Source: Botryllus schlosseri
Lineage: Eukaryota
Assembly (NCBI GenBank): GCA_051294905.1
Contig: CM119386.1
Span: 13,578,001 to 13,642,000 of the forward strand
Reading direction: 5' to 3'
DNA: 64,000 nt
Shown here: positions 12,679 to 25,600 of the stretch, one piece after another
Position numbering within the stretch: position 1 is the first letter of the stretch
Layout of the letters: the number at the start of each line of letters is the position of its first letter
Program-made: the position numbers and the translations under genes
Notes under the pieces: model-generated
What the model was told of the DNA's origin: nothing
What the model saw: only the letters and a program-made list of their open reading frames with translations
Database searches by the model: none

Positions 12679-13898
12679 GTCTAAATATATTGGTGTTAAT
12701 TTCGAAAATATATTCAGTCACCGCCATACACGGATTATTTTGCCAGGTTGATATGACAATTCCACTCGTAAAAGAAATCCAAACCAATTCAAAAATTAGC
12801 CCATATTCTGCATATACTTCAAGTCGAGAGATGCGGAATCAAAACAATGAATATCGGCCAGGTGTAAATGACCGTTGTAGTCCACAAACACCATGAAATC
12901 ACATGATTCAAAATCTAATAAGTGAGTTCACTGCTTCAATAATTGTTTATTGAGGATGAGAAAATAACGAAAAAATGACAAAGCATTCACCACTTCTGTA
13001 ATTGTAGTCCGTATGCAAACTTAAATGAACTCCGAAAAACTGGTAGTATTTTCTTTTTGACCGCCTTCGGTTTCACCTCATATTTTGCTTGGATAATGTC
13101 AACTATGAATTCAGACGACTTGCACGGATAAGTCTTGGATGTGTCTCCAGATCAATATAGCTTCACATAACCCGATATGTTTGATCTGCAGACAATCTTC
13201 GGAGTTTTAGCAATCCTGACTGGCGGACTTGGTTTGCTTCTTCCTGAAACGAAAGGCGACCCTCTCCTCACAACGTTAGCGGACGCGGAAGAATTTTATT
13301 CTCAATAGACGTAAGTGTATTTGCATTCTCTCGCTAGAGCTTGTCGACAAACGGGTCGTTGGTGTCGATCGTATTTTTATTAGTAATATGGATACGTCAC
13401 CTCGGAACATAGCTCCACGTGTCCTCATATTCAAATTTTTCTTGCTCAACAGCTGCATTCGTATATTTAGTCATCGCCGCTACATAATAAACATTCGTAT
13501 TTTCGTTGCTTATAGGTTGGCTCTATACAGCGAGGACAAGCCTAGGTAAGCCTCCAATAAAGGATTCTGAACATGAAGCCGAAACATATTGGTGATGCGG
13601 TTGCGGATCATACCACTACGCCACGAGGGGTGTCAAACTGAACTTCACTCGCGGACCGGATTCAAGCCTTCAGATCGATCGCGGGCGGCACCGGTCAAAT
13701 GATTCCAATATGTTTTCTCAAAATCCATGCCTTTGTTTTTCATTTGAATACTTTGTTATCAAGCCTATATACACAGTAGTATAGTTCATTACATTACAGA
13801 TCACAGTGGTTATATTTCGGCAACACCGTTATTCGAAAACAATGGAATTGTCAATGATGCGATGACTGGGCGGTTGAAAACAGTTGTGAACCTTTAAC

Positions 13899-13934
13899 CA
13901 TAGCAATTTACAACGTACGTTGTAAATTGCTATG
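13899..13934. repeat. 36-bp perfect palindrome
   Basis: CATAGCAATTTACAACGT/ACGTTGTAAATTGCTATG, absent from the left arm and flanked by CTTTAA repeats. Confidence 0.9.
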
Positions 13935-15065
13935 CTTTAAAACAGTGGCTGTAACGATTATATAAGTTGTCGTTGTCTACATCAGTGGGTATCACTCTGG
14001 GTATCAACCTTTTTCACCTCGTTAACCGGTTAAATTAAAAAAAGTATCTGACGGACCGGTGGACTTTCAAAAATTAAAATCAACTCAAAACGTGGAGTAT
14101 GCAACCGCTTTTTGCAAGTAGCCTATATGGTGCTACAGAGTGACATTTTGAGGGTTTTGATCGTAATTAATTATTATGGTAATGATTGCTTCCATGTGGT
14201 TTTACCGTAGTGAGCCTGCCGAGTCGCGGTAAAATTGCTTTGTCCAGATAAACGTGCTGGCGCCGACAGTCGTTTACAATCTTTCGCGCCGAAGGCCATG
14301 GACTTAACCGACCATGCTAACTCGAATAATATTCTCCTCTTCAACAACATCGAGAGAACAAGCGTTTCGGAGTCGAACCAATCACCTTGTCGTGCTACCT
14401 TACTCATTGCCCAATGCCCACTATCACCAGACGTAGGCTACTCTGTCTACTATGAATACCATGCACCGCATGAAAACACCTGACAACAGCTATACCTGGC
14501 CATCGACAAAATCAGGGTCATGGTCCTCGGCCCCCACAGGGCGATAAACCAAACTTATTGGTTACATCGCCCCCAGACCCCACAGTTGGTTGGATGTTTC
14601 ACCAGAACTTGTGAACACATTCATTTTACTCGGTGTATATAACATGATCGCGCGAAGCTCGAAAGTTTTCTATAGTTCATGATGCAATCGGTCAATAATA
14701 TTGGTAATTGCATATATAATGCTGTGAATTTTTATACGCTCAGAATTATCAGATTTTCTGGTAGAGGTAATTGAGGTGTAGTCTTGGAAAATTTAGGACA
14801 CGTAATTAATAATAATTAAACCTATTTGGGTGGGCCTGTTGGAATAATTACTTCATTGCATGTCAATATTTCGTGACCTACTGTCTGTTATACAGTGAGT
14901 AGATATTGAAATCACCCAAGCGTACTAAACTAAAGGACGCACGCGACTCCAACTTCTTATTTCTTCATGGCGACTAATTTTTCTCTGTGGTCTGGCATTT
15001 ATCCTGTGGGGTACAGATTGCCAGGACGGCAGGATTCGGCGCCAGCCATTTGGGAGCCTATAGAC

Positions 15066-15924
15066 CAGGGGTGTCAAACGTACGGCCCGCGGGCCGCATC
15101 CACCCCGACGATTTCATTCAGCCCACGAAGCAATTCTGAGTAAATTGAAAAATGATCATATTTTCCAGCACATTTGTAACGAATGTTGAGGAAATACTTC
15201 CATGTTCAACTTTGTTCATAGGCCCCATTATAACCACTCGACTGCGGCGCTGTAGTTTCACTCTAGTTGTCACCAGTAAGAAGCCGGTGAAATTGACATC
15301 CAATTTCAAGAAGGCAAAAAGTCCACACTAAGTTCAGAACCAAAAAGTAGTTATTCACAGAACCGACAACGCCAATGTGACACCGTTAGACGTAGTATGC
15401 ATGGAAAATATATTAGTTGAACAAATATATAATTGTAATATCCATGGTCGCATTGCTGTGTCACTTTCGACCCAATAGATCCCAGACATGAGAGAAACCG
15501 GACTCGCGGTTTAATAATTGTATATCAAATTCCAACGTCCCCGTTGCCAATTAAATATCTTGTAGCCTAATCCCTACAAGGCATACGCCAGCCTGACGCC
15601 AGATTACAACTAAATCTAAGGGAGCTTAGAATATGCCAACTTATATCGTCGTTAACACCATTGTTTTAGGGGTTCTTTTGCTTAGCTGTATTCAACCTGA
15701 CAATCTTAGTATTCTTGATAATTCCATTGTTCGCGAATTAAAGTGTTACGACTTGGTATTTTAATAACCCTATGATTCGTGTATTCTCTATATATGCTTT
15801 TACGTTATTCAAGTGAAAAGCAAGAGCACGAGGTAACATTTTGGAATCAGTTGATTGGTCCTGCCCGCGAGCGATTTGAAGGCTTGAATCCGGCCCGCGA
15901 CGCAATTTGAGTTTGACACCCCTG
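15066..15924. mobile_element. hAT (Buster-like) MITE, CAGGGGTGTCAAAC family
   Basis: TIRs CAGGGGTGTCAAAC/GTTTGACACCCCTG with a perfect 8-bp TSD CTATAGAC. Confidence 0.9.
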
Positions 15925-16299
15925 CTATAGACAATTAACTCTGAACATTTTTTACTTCGTTGCCCAAAGTATGCCTTTAATCGTAGATTCCTCGTTGCGA
16001 AATGTACTTATTAGAATGTTAATTTAACGACCCTGACCACCAACTTACAATCAGCATGATGTCATAATTTAAATCTATGATTACAAAGCCTTGTTGGAAT
16101 TATGATATGATTTGTGCGAGTGTAAGTGCTGGTAAGTCTGATGGAGGCTTGAGATGAAACCTGAGATTACCTTGCAGGAAGAGCACGCCAGGGCACGCTT
16201 CTATTAAGCCAAACTAAATTATGTGTACCCTATAACTCAAGTACAAAATTCGCAAAATAGAATTTTTTTCGTGTTACTTATAACGATTACTATTATTTT

Positions 16300-16636
16300 T
16301 CACATGTGAAAAAAGCCAAAATATTGTCAAAATTGTAACGTTGGGTGAAAAAATTGTCAAAATTGCTCATAAAGTCAAAAAAAATGTGCAACCTGCAGTT
16401 CGTTTGTATCATAGAGGTTTACACTGTCGGTGAACTTATCAATTGACATTTAGATCTTATAGCCTACTTTTTAGGCCTACCGTTGTAGACGGCCCATTTT
16501 CTGCTCATTGCGAATCATAAACGGTCAAATGAAACATGGTGTTATGCTCAACTTATCGCAATATCCTAACTGAAGCAAGACAGCGTGGGCATTGGTTATT
16601 ATATCAAGAAGCGCATGATGAATAATTGTGATGTAG
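16300..16636 (+). mobile_element. Partial copy of the hAT deletion-derivative family, broken at a CAGTGGTTCTCAAC end (16638)
   Basis: It shares TAGGCCTACCGTTGTAGACGGCCCAT and CAAGAAGCGCATGATG with 19825-20696 and 41821-42649. Confidence 0.7.
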
Positions 16637-19600
16637 GCAGTGGTTCTCAACCGCCGGTCCGCGACGACTTTCCAGCCGGTTCGCAAGGTATATTACATTT
16701 TATTCCCGAATTTCAAGATGCAATATGTTGAAGGCTTTTCCATCCAACTTTTTACAATTTTTATCATGATTTATAGAAATAGGCATTTCGGTGTCAGCCA
16801 ATGCCGCGCCACGACGCACCAACACATAATGAAGTTGAGGCTAACATAGGACTCCAAAACCTGTGTGAAAAGCTCGCCAGCGAGATGACCTTGCCGAAAA
16901 GGACTGACCTTTGTTGACCGACAACTTCGTTATGTATATGTTTAAAGTACAGTAAGGGCAATTGCTGTGCTCAGTGCTCACTTTCCAAAGACCGCTTATG
17001 TTACGTCTAAAGGTCTGATAACCATTTGTAATCTATGATCTCAGCGACCCATGCAGCCTAGTACGCCTAGGACGGAAATTGGCCGTACTACACGTCAGCG
17101 CTGGTCCGAAATAATAATAAAGAATATCGGTCTGGCTGGTGTAATAATTCGCAATGCTGTCAAAGCAACATGATTACGAAAAGATAATAACATGTCGTGG
17201 ATTGTATCGTAAATAAATGGAATAGCCGATATAGATACCTTTGGTACGAAGCTGCAGTAATTGAAAGCATTCTAGTAAAGATAGTAAAATTCACCAGCTG
17301 TTGATTTCCAATACATATCGCAGAATAAAGCTCAGCCGCCACTGTGCTTGCGTAAGCTGGAGTGTCGAACACGTAGAAAGTGCAACCGATAATTATCGAA
17401 TCCCCATTTGTCGTATTCCAGCACGCATAATCATTTCAACTGCAATTTCCGACTGTGTCGCTAGCATAATAGCTACAGGTTTCATATTTCTTAACACAAA
17501 GTGTGAACAATCTGCATACGATAAATTCTTATAATCCATAGTCTCATCGATTCTCGGTATCCAACATCGAAATGGTGGGTGGCAGATGTAAATACCTCTA
17601 TCACGCAATGCATTCCACATGAAACGATGGTGTAATAGATGAGCAGGACAAGGAACAGTTGATATCTACCGCACGAGCCAATATATAGTTTATGATGATA
17701 CCAAAATTTGATCGTCATAGATGTTGTAGAGTTTGTTGATATTTCTACACTTTGAATTATTGTGATATCGAGATGTTTCCCTGCCATGGCCACATTCGTT
17801 GTCATGGAATTATGATATTTCTGTCAGCAATTTCAATCTTCGGAATAAAGGATCAACGCAAGTCTGAAAATAGCTAATAGAATTTGATTGAAACAGAATA
17901 GCTGTAACAAAATCGCATAATATACTCTCATATGGAGTTGCTCTGGGGCTTCGTCCGCTTCGGCATTTCGCAAATGTACCCATGGGTTACGGCGTTACGC
18001 CGTACGCACAGTACAACCGCCCTGATCGCTGATATGCGAGTTATATGTAATTCTTTTGGGCATGGAGACAAAAGGTTTGGTATAGTAGTATTTAGGATTT
18101 CTGCTGGGCTGTTAACAAACTGTTACTTCTACTTTACGCAACGCCGATCTGAACCTGCGGGATTTCCAGAAGTCACTGAAACAATGCGCCACAAACTTTT
18201 ACCCCCAGGTTCAACTTATAATAATCATTAGACTACAATGCAATAACAAAACATGATTAAATATCATGACGACAACGTCGTAATCCTGTTCACCGAATCA
18301 TAGTTGGAAAAAAAATGAAACGGTTGCGTCATACTAAAATTAGCTAATATAGGCTACCATGTACGGGAAAAACAACCCCTGATACCGTAACATATATATA
18401 TATATATTACCTTCTTACTACCCTGCGTTCATGTCCAATGACCGACTGGTAATTAGCGATAGCTTACACGAAATAGTAAGTATTTCACCACAGCAGCAGT
18501 ACGACTGTAATAATAAAAAAACACTGTAAAGTACGCTCCTTCAGGCAAAGGCTGTGCGTCGTACCTATCCTATAATAATAATTAGAATTATTCAAGCATT
18601 GTTATACACTGCTGGTATGCGACTACCGGTGCAATGCTTGCGATATTGGTATGCCTTGTGAAAGTTTCATGTCCTCGGGCGCAGGTCAACGATTGTTTTT
18701 TTGCGAACTGGGGGCTACTGTGGCGGACCGCTGGTCTTCCATAAACTTTTTGAACGCGACCCAAATATGAGTTTTAGTAGCATCTAGCGACCCAAGCTTC
18801 ATACATCGAAATCAATGCATTTGTAATGTTTGTATGCTAAGTTTTTACGAGCGCGTATTACCAATTGTTTTTCGAAACGCAATTCCATGAAACATGCGTG
18901 ACGCACGCGATTTCAAATTCTGGTGCATAGTTTTTCTCTGTGGGTCGCATTGGCACTGCAAGGCACAGATTGCAAGGACGGAACTATTCGGAGCCGACCA
19001 TTTCGACGGCCGGACAATTTTGAAAATTTGGACCAATCAGCAATGTTTTGTACCACACTTTGCCCACTTGCCAACACTTCATGTTTTCATAAATCCCGGC
19101 GCTGAAAGTTTCGATCCCATAATGCATATAATAGTCCCGCACGCGTTCGTTGCACACCGCTAGACTGAAGCATAACAACGGTCTCCGACGGTGACAGGCG
19201 CTAGCAAGAATATAGGCTACCTTTCTTTCAAAATACGACTACAGTGAGAAAAATTTCGTAAATTATTCGTGTTCAAACTCTGGGGTGCGGCAGTTACGGC
19301 CGCGCTTACTCGCTTCCTCTACCATGCCCGAGTAATACCGGTATTCCATAGAAACCAATGTCGGACAAATCTTATCATGACATCAAACGCATTTCTGTAA
19401 TACTGGGGTCGGCACATTTCCGCGATCAAGCTATATTGTTATAACAAATTCTCTGTGTGTCTCGATTATTGTCAATAGCACCCAAAAAGGGGATCCTGGA
19501 CACGCACTAACTAATTACAGCATAACGCGCAAAACGCGAAGACTTTTTTGCCTCAAGAAATTCAGCGAACATTACATGTACGGTCGCGACCCAAGAACCC

Positions 19601-19824
19601 TGTCTTAACGGAATGCAAACAACAAAAGCAGTGGCTCTGATGCGAAGGAAATATACTACTCGTATAATTTACCACGAGATCAGCATAAATCGCAATTCTA
19701 TCACTACCAGGCTCATTTTATTGCTTCAGGCTAGATAAGTTGACTTAAACTTGCTATGTTCTTGGTATTCTTATAACAATAACTCTTACGACGAGGTTCC
19801 AATAAAAAATCAGTATATTATCAG

Positions 19825-20696
19825 TATAAGGCGATTTTTTTGACATGTCAAAAAGTCAAAATTAGGTCAAAAGTGTAGTGTTAGGTCAAAAAATGTCAAA
19901 ATTGTTTACAAAGTTGAAACTTTTTTGCAACCAGCATTTCGTTTGTATCGTAGATTTTTCACTGTCGGTGAAGTTATCATTTGACATTTAACAGCTTGTT
20001 AGCCGACTTTATAGGCCTACCGTTGTAGACGGCCCATTGTCTGCTGATTGTGAATCAATTGAAACAAATAGGTTGACATGGTGTTACGCTCAACGTACCG
20101 CAATATCCCAACTGAAGCAAGACTACGTGGGCATTGCATGGTTCTTATATCAAGAAGCGCATCATGAAAAATTGTGATGTAGACACCAATTGCCGTAATG
20201 TAGCAACACGGTTGGTCACCAGCAGTGTACGCACAACTTCAGTGTTGTCAGTCAACATTGCTGCTGTTGAACGTTCTTTCTCGATTCTTGACAAGCTACT
20301 TAATAAGGACAGACACTTTCTACCCGAGAATGTAGGAAAGTATCTTTCGTTGTACTACAATTTTTTTAAATTATTTCTACCATGCGTAACGTAACAACTG
20401 GAATTCTTCATAGGGCCAGATTTCGTTGAGATAATGTTTTTTATGTAAAAAGTTTTCAGTTTTTGAGGAAAAAACTTTTTTTTTCAGGCCAAACTATTTC
20501 TTTGGGACAGTCAGTTCCAACCAGAAATGAAGATTAGCAGTACAATTACACTACAATACATTATGTGGGAAAATACCTAATTTGTTTACGTTAGGTCAAA
20601 TTTGGTCAAAATTAAGATTTTAAGGTCAAAAATTGTCAAAATTTTGATTTTTTAGGTAAAAGTCTTCCGTTTTTTAGGTAATTAAAAAAAGCCCTA
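19825..20696 (+). mobile_element. hAT deletion derivative retaining the transposase C-terminal dimerization motif
   Basis: It encodes AAVERSFSILDKLLNKDRHFLPENVGKYLSLYYN. Ends are TAAGGCG and GCCCTA, and ATTATCAG is repeated on both flanks. Confidence 0.8.
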
Positions 20697-22659
20697 ATTA
20701 TCAGCAGAATAGCTTCAAGGCGGACGGTCACGATCCAGAGTGTGGTTGAACGAAAGAGGAATAGAGAACAGACCACAAGGGTATAAATTCACAGTACGCC
20801 AAACGAGGAAAAAATGATTGGCGGTAATTACCAATTCTAGACAAATAAGAGACAAACGATACCAACGTAAAATACACGAACATAACACTTGTCAATTCAA
20901 GGAATATTCGAAACATCGATATCTAGAACTGCTGGATTGGCCTGCGCCGACGATAAGACATTGCAGTTTAGCTTACCACATTGTTGATAGCAGTCTAAAT
21001 GTATGATCGAGATCGCGTATGTTGACGATTTCGACCAGAGCCATGCAAACCAGATAAACGTCACTTTCTGGCACCATCTTCCTTTCAAATTACAATTACT
21101 ATCCGCAGAAGGAGCAAAAAGGCGGTATACGCAAAAATAGAAATTGATTGTTTCATAGATTACAGTTCTGCCATTAATAATGAGAAATTTATACTGTTCG
21201 GATGAACTATCCCTCATTACAGAGCTGGAGTGTTGAATTTTAGCGAAACGTAAATTATGAAATCACCATAAGAAATATTTTTACCAAAGTACGAAGCGGA
21301 ATTACATTATTTTCATAATACCGTACCATTTTTTCTTCTACTTTTTACCTTGGCATTGGACATAGCGACCAGTATTATAATTCCAATCGCGTTGCAAGTA
21401 TCACAGCCATCTAAAAGTTGTCGCCGTCTTGCTGTTACTGTTACATTGCTACCTGCCATCGAATATCCACATCACAATGTGGTTAAGCATTATGACGTCG
21501 CACGTGAATGCTCGCAGAGAGACCAAGGCTCAGACAGCAAAATATAACACAGCAAGTGGCGTCGGCGGAGGGGCGAAAACAACTCAGAATTTTCGACTTT
21601 TACGTCACGTACGTTCATATTTAACAGTGTATCCGTGACCTCAACGTAATGTAAAAATATTCGAAGCTCCAGAAGTTTCATCCTTGCTATTTAGTAGCCT
21701 ACCTTGCTGTCTGCGAAGCGGTATAAAGCATGCCTGCGGTGGTACACGGAGGTCGTAGACGAATTCCGAAACATTATCTCTGTAACCAGCTTGCAAGGAA
21801 CGAACAGCCGATAGTGCTTGCGTGATACCTCGTGCTTGTCGCGACAAATATAGATAAGCCGTGCTAAGTTGTTGATACTGTCGTATTTTTTTTTTTTGAA
21901 ATATTTATGCGTTGTTCATAATATACCATGCGCTTTGAATTTGCAATTGGTACAATAAAGAATATATGTATCGGGGACAGCACACAACAAATCATATATG
22001 TCTTCAAGACGAACCATCGTAGTACGTCAAGCTAATGGCCAAGCTAACCAGGCCGCTTACATACGTGAATTGAATCTCGCTCCGCGGTAGGGAAGAATAC
22101 GCACTGAGACACAAGAGACCACCTGGAATCAAATCGAAGAAAAACACACGTAAAACGTACTCTCTGCGTTATAAGAAGCAGCCGTTTGTGGAATCGAATT
22201 GTTGAATTGTTGATACTGCGCCAGCTTCGTATGATCGATTAACCAAACTATGGTGGTGCAGTATATAGTTCCTTATTATTTATGGTTTTATTTCGCTACT
22301 CAAAAACTGCTGCGATTACATTGATCGCAGGCGCCAATTATCTCTGACCTGAATCGACTTCACGTGCATGTGCGCTGCGGTCGGCGACTTTGCGCTCACT
22401 GTCGATGCTAGTTATTGACATGGTCTGCAAGCCGAGTACAAGCCTAGAGTTAATTCGCCGTGTGTGATAGGGGCTCAATGGGATATCTCAAACGGAACAT
22501 TAATCCTTGAGAGATATACTGAATTACTGATACTTGCGTCGAGCTATTTAGCTCCACTGATCGTAATCAACGTGTGGCCGACTTTATTATGCAAAATTTG
22601 TCGCGAAATTGTCATGAACGACAAAACGTATGTTGCGCTGGCGAGGAAGAACAGCAAAT

Positions 22660-25600
22660 TCAAATCATCGGGTGAGCTTCCTCGCTGTCGTCATCGTCCT
22701 TCATCTGTTTAGCTTTTGGGGATTTTTCTTTCAATCTGAACACATTTGAGTAGATTATGAGGAGAATCCACTTCAAAGAAGGCATGCAATAAAGCGGTAA
22801 AACGTAAAAATATCATCGCGGTAGGCCTGTTGTTCTACATCAGAGATGAGCAATGAGCAATGAGCATGGATTTGGACTTGGATATGAAGAAATTGTCATA
22901 ATTTGTCACAATTTACATTACTTTCATGCGAATAATTTCTGCAATTTCCGGATATGAACATGGGTGTGGACAATCTGGACACTCTGGGTATGTAGTCGAA
23001 CTTTCACTTGAATCCAAAATCAGGGACAAGATTTGCATTTGAAAATATTTAATGCTAACATCTCTGCAACGTATATGGTTGTGTAATTCAACAGCAACTA
23101 TGCCATGTCGGTTACCTTCTCACACTGTTTGTCGCATACTGACTTTATATATTTAGATCAAATCAATGGGTAGGCTATATTTTTCTGACACTTCACGGTG
23201 ATATTTGCGATCAATAAATCTTACATAGATTGGCAGTAAAATTCCTCGGCGTCGGCTAATGTTGTCAAGAGAGGTGCGCCTTTCGTTTCGGGTAGAAGCA
23301 GACTAAGCCCGCCAGTCACTATCGCTAAAACTCCGAATATTGTCTGCAAATAAAGAATACATATTTGTCAAATAGTAGCATATATCACTTTTAACAGCCA
23401 TTTTCAAGGAGCATTGAATAGGCTACGTAGGTCTGCCCATCATTCGAATGTGCGGCAGCTAGACCTACCGCTAGTAGTAGGCCAGGACGGAAGTTAAGGC
23501 TCAGAATAGACCAACGCCTGTCGCAGCCTATGCCATTTCGAGAAAGCGATACACCCTCCACCTCCATATGTTATTCTCAAGCGGTTTAGCGTACTCGTTT
23601 TCGGGGTCAAGATTACCTCAATCTCTGGAGGCGTCATACGGGTGAATCTATTGTTGTACAACTTCTGTCATCTAAGATTTTATTGTCTCATGCAGGTATA
23701 TACGTTATGAATAGCAGGTTAAATCTTGTATATGCGAAAATGCACATGGCGACGAGTTCACTTTGTCTTTTCCGCATAAATTTCACAGCTCTACTGCACC
23801 CAGTACCTCGAAAATTACCTTTCAATATTCAAAATCTATTGACAAGAATATATACGTGTGCGTAGCGAGGCGTCCTGAGTCACGTAGACTGCACCGCTGG
23901 CAATAATCACCCAACCGAGGGACATATTTAGAGCCATCAATAAATGTCTACAAATAGAATATATGCTTGGTTGCTGTTAGGAAATGCTACTTACTCCCGT
24001 TAGCCACGGCACTGCCTTTTGCAAATGAAGGGCGAATGGAGTGAAAACTGTTCCAAACCTAGCGGCCATCGAACCGACGCCTACGCCAGTGCTCCTGCAA
24101 ATGGTACCAGTGCTTATAAAGTGTTCATTTGAATGTTTCATTGAGATCATGGATCAAGAAAGGTCAAATAAGTTGACGACTGATAAAATTAAACATTATA
24201 CCGTGAATTATGAACAATTGTTGCACTATTTTGGTAACTATACGATGCATAACGGCCACTTACCGAACAACGGTTGGGTAAAGCTCTGCCGTTAAATTGT
24301 AGACAACAGCGAACGCACCGGATATGGCGAATTTCCCGCCTAATGCTAATACAGCGGCAACGATTGATAACTCTGCAATGAATATCACATTTATAAGATT
24401 TCCAAGTCCTCAGTGGTTGTACACTGCATGTCAAATCTTTGGATCGAAGGTGCAGTCTGGTACGCGTTGGCTTCATTTCATCAATTCACAGTTATTACAA
24501 AAATGATATTAAAATTGTTTTCAACCGACCGTTGATTCGGATAGGTAAAGAATGGATTAACCGACATTATGCTATCATTTCAAATTTCGCGCACATCATG
24601 CCTTATGCGATATGCACGTGAACATTTCACGTTGAGTAGCCGCTGGAGTAGTGGCAGAACGAGAGGACAGGGGCGCTAGACCGGTGTTACGTCCATCATT
24701 TGCCATGATATTCGCTGTATTGACACCGGATATAATAAATGCCTCAATATCTTGTGTTGACGACGCAGGTCATTTCGAGTCAATGCAAATTTGAATTCAA
24801 ATCGAGTCAAGATAAGTCGAGTGATTTCAAAAATTTTCAAGTCGAGACACAAGTCAAGTGTGTACGAAAATTTTCAGTGACTTAAGTCAATTCACGTCAA
24901 ATCGATCTCCATTTCATTTCTATTTCATTTCGATTTCGATTCCGTTTCAAGAGGACAGACCTTGCGCCGATTGGTCGTTTTCCAACTGTAAAACATTGCG
25001 CACTGGTATCGCACGTTTTGATAGCATTATAATTCAGGAACACTGAGGATGAATAGGCCTATATGTGATAGGACAAGTTTTTGCAGTCAAATCAGTGGAA
25101 AGTTGCATTTATTCTTCACAAAAGTTGCACTAAAAAGTTGCATTAATGGACAAGTTTCTTGAAGTTATTAGGGTGTATGGGATACTCGAATCGATCCGTA
25201 TGCAAGACACTGTAGCAAAACTCAGTGTTGGCGACTTCAACACAATCAATAGTCTGAAAAATTTGATCCAGTGAAAATATAATTTTCGTCGGTCTAGCCT
25301 GAATGTACGTCAAATCAGAAAAGACCTCAAATTCAAACGACTGTGAAATTATCAAGCGATCTATTTACATATAGTGCCAAATATTTCCAGAAAAAAGATA
25401 GTTGTAAGAAAAATCGAAAGAACTTGCAAAAACTTGCATGAAAAATCGAAAAAAGTAGCAAAAAGTTCCATGGAAATATTGCAAAAAGTTGCAATATAAG
25501 ATTCCTCCAAACAGCTTAAAACACCATACTACATAACTTCCGAGTATTTAGAAAGCCGCCGAAAGCTGTAAAAAAGCTGTAAAAGCTGCAAAAACTTGAC

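Larger units (their letters stand above)
10323..13971. repeat. Right arm of the inverted duplication, carrying plus-strand copies of SLC22 exons 10-11
   Basis: The exon 10 copy at 10427-10526 has TGA at 10467-10469. The exon 11 copy at 13192-13310 has TAG at 13306-13308. The PLE and the 36-bp palindrome are present only in this arm. Confidence 0.92.
6069..17805 (-). pseudogene. SLC22-family paralog B, rearranged pseudogene
   Basis: Exon 1 remnant at ~17805-17510 has frameshifts. It is fused through a 20-nt intron remnant to exon 2 (17489-17331), which has TGA at 17436-17438 and a donor GT changed to CT. Exons 3-8 were not found. Exon 9 at 9823-9715 is intact (GKFAIAGAFAVVLKLTAELYPTVVR). Exon 10 at 9512-9415 has a 2-nt deletion. 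Exon 11 at 7753-7635 (LLLPETKG) has TAG at 7637-7639. A putative last exon lies at 6237-6069 with an acceptor and in-phase open frame (lower confidence). Confidence 0.85.

Noticed and set aside
20728-21075. Possible two-exon minus-strand ORF (MVPESDVYLVC...|VMFVYFTLV...)
   Set aside because: The acceptor is weak, I recognise no homology, and the phase match is expected by chance one time in three.
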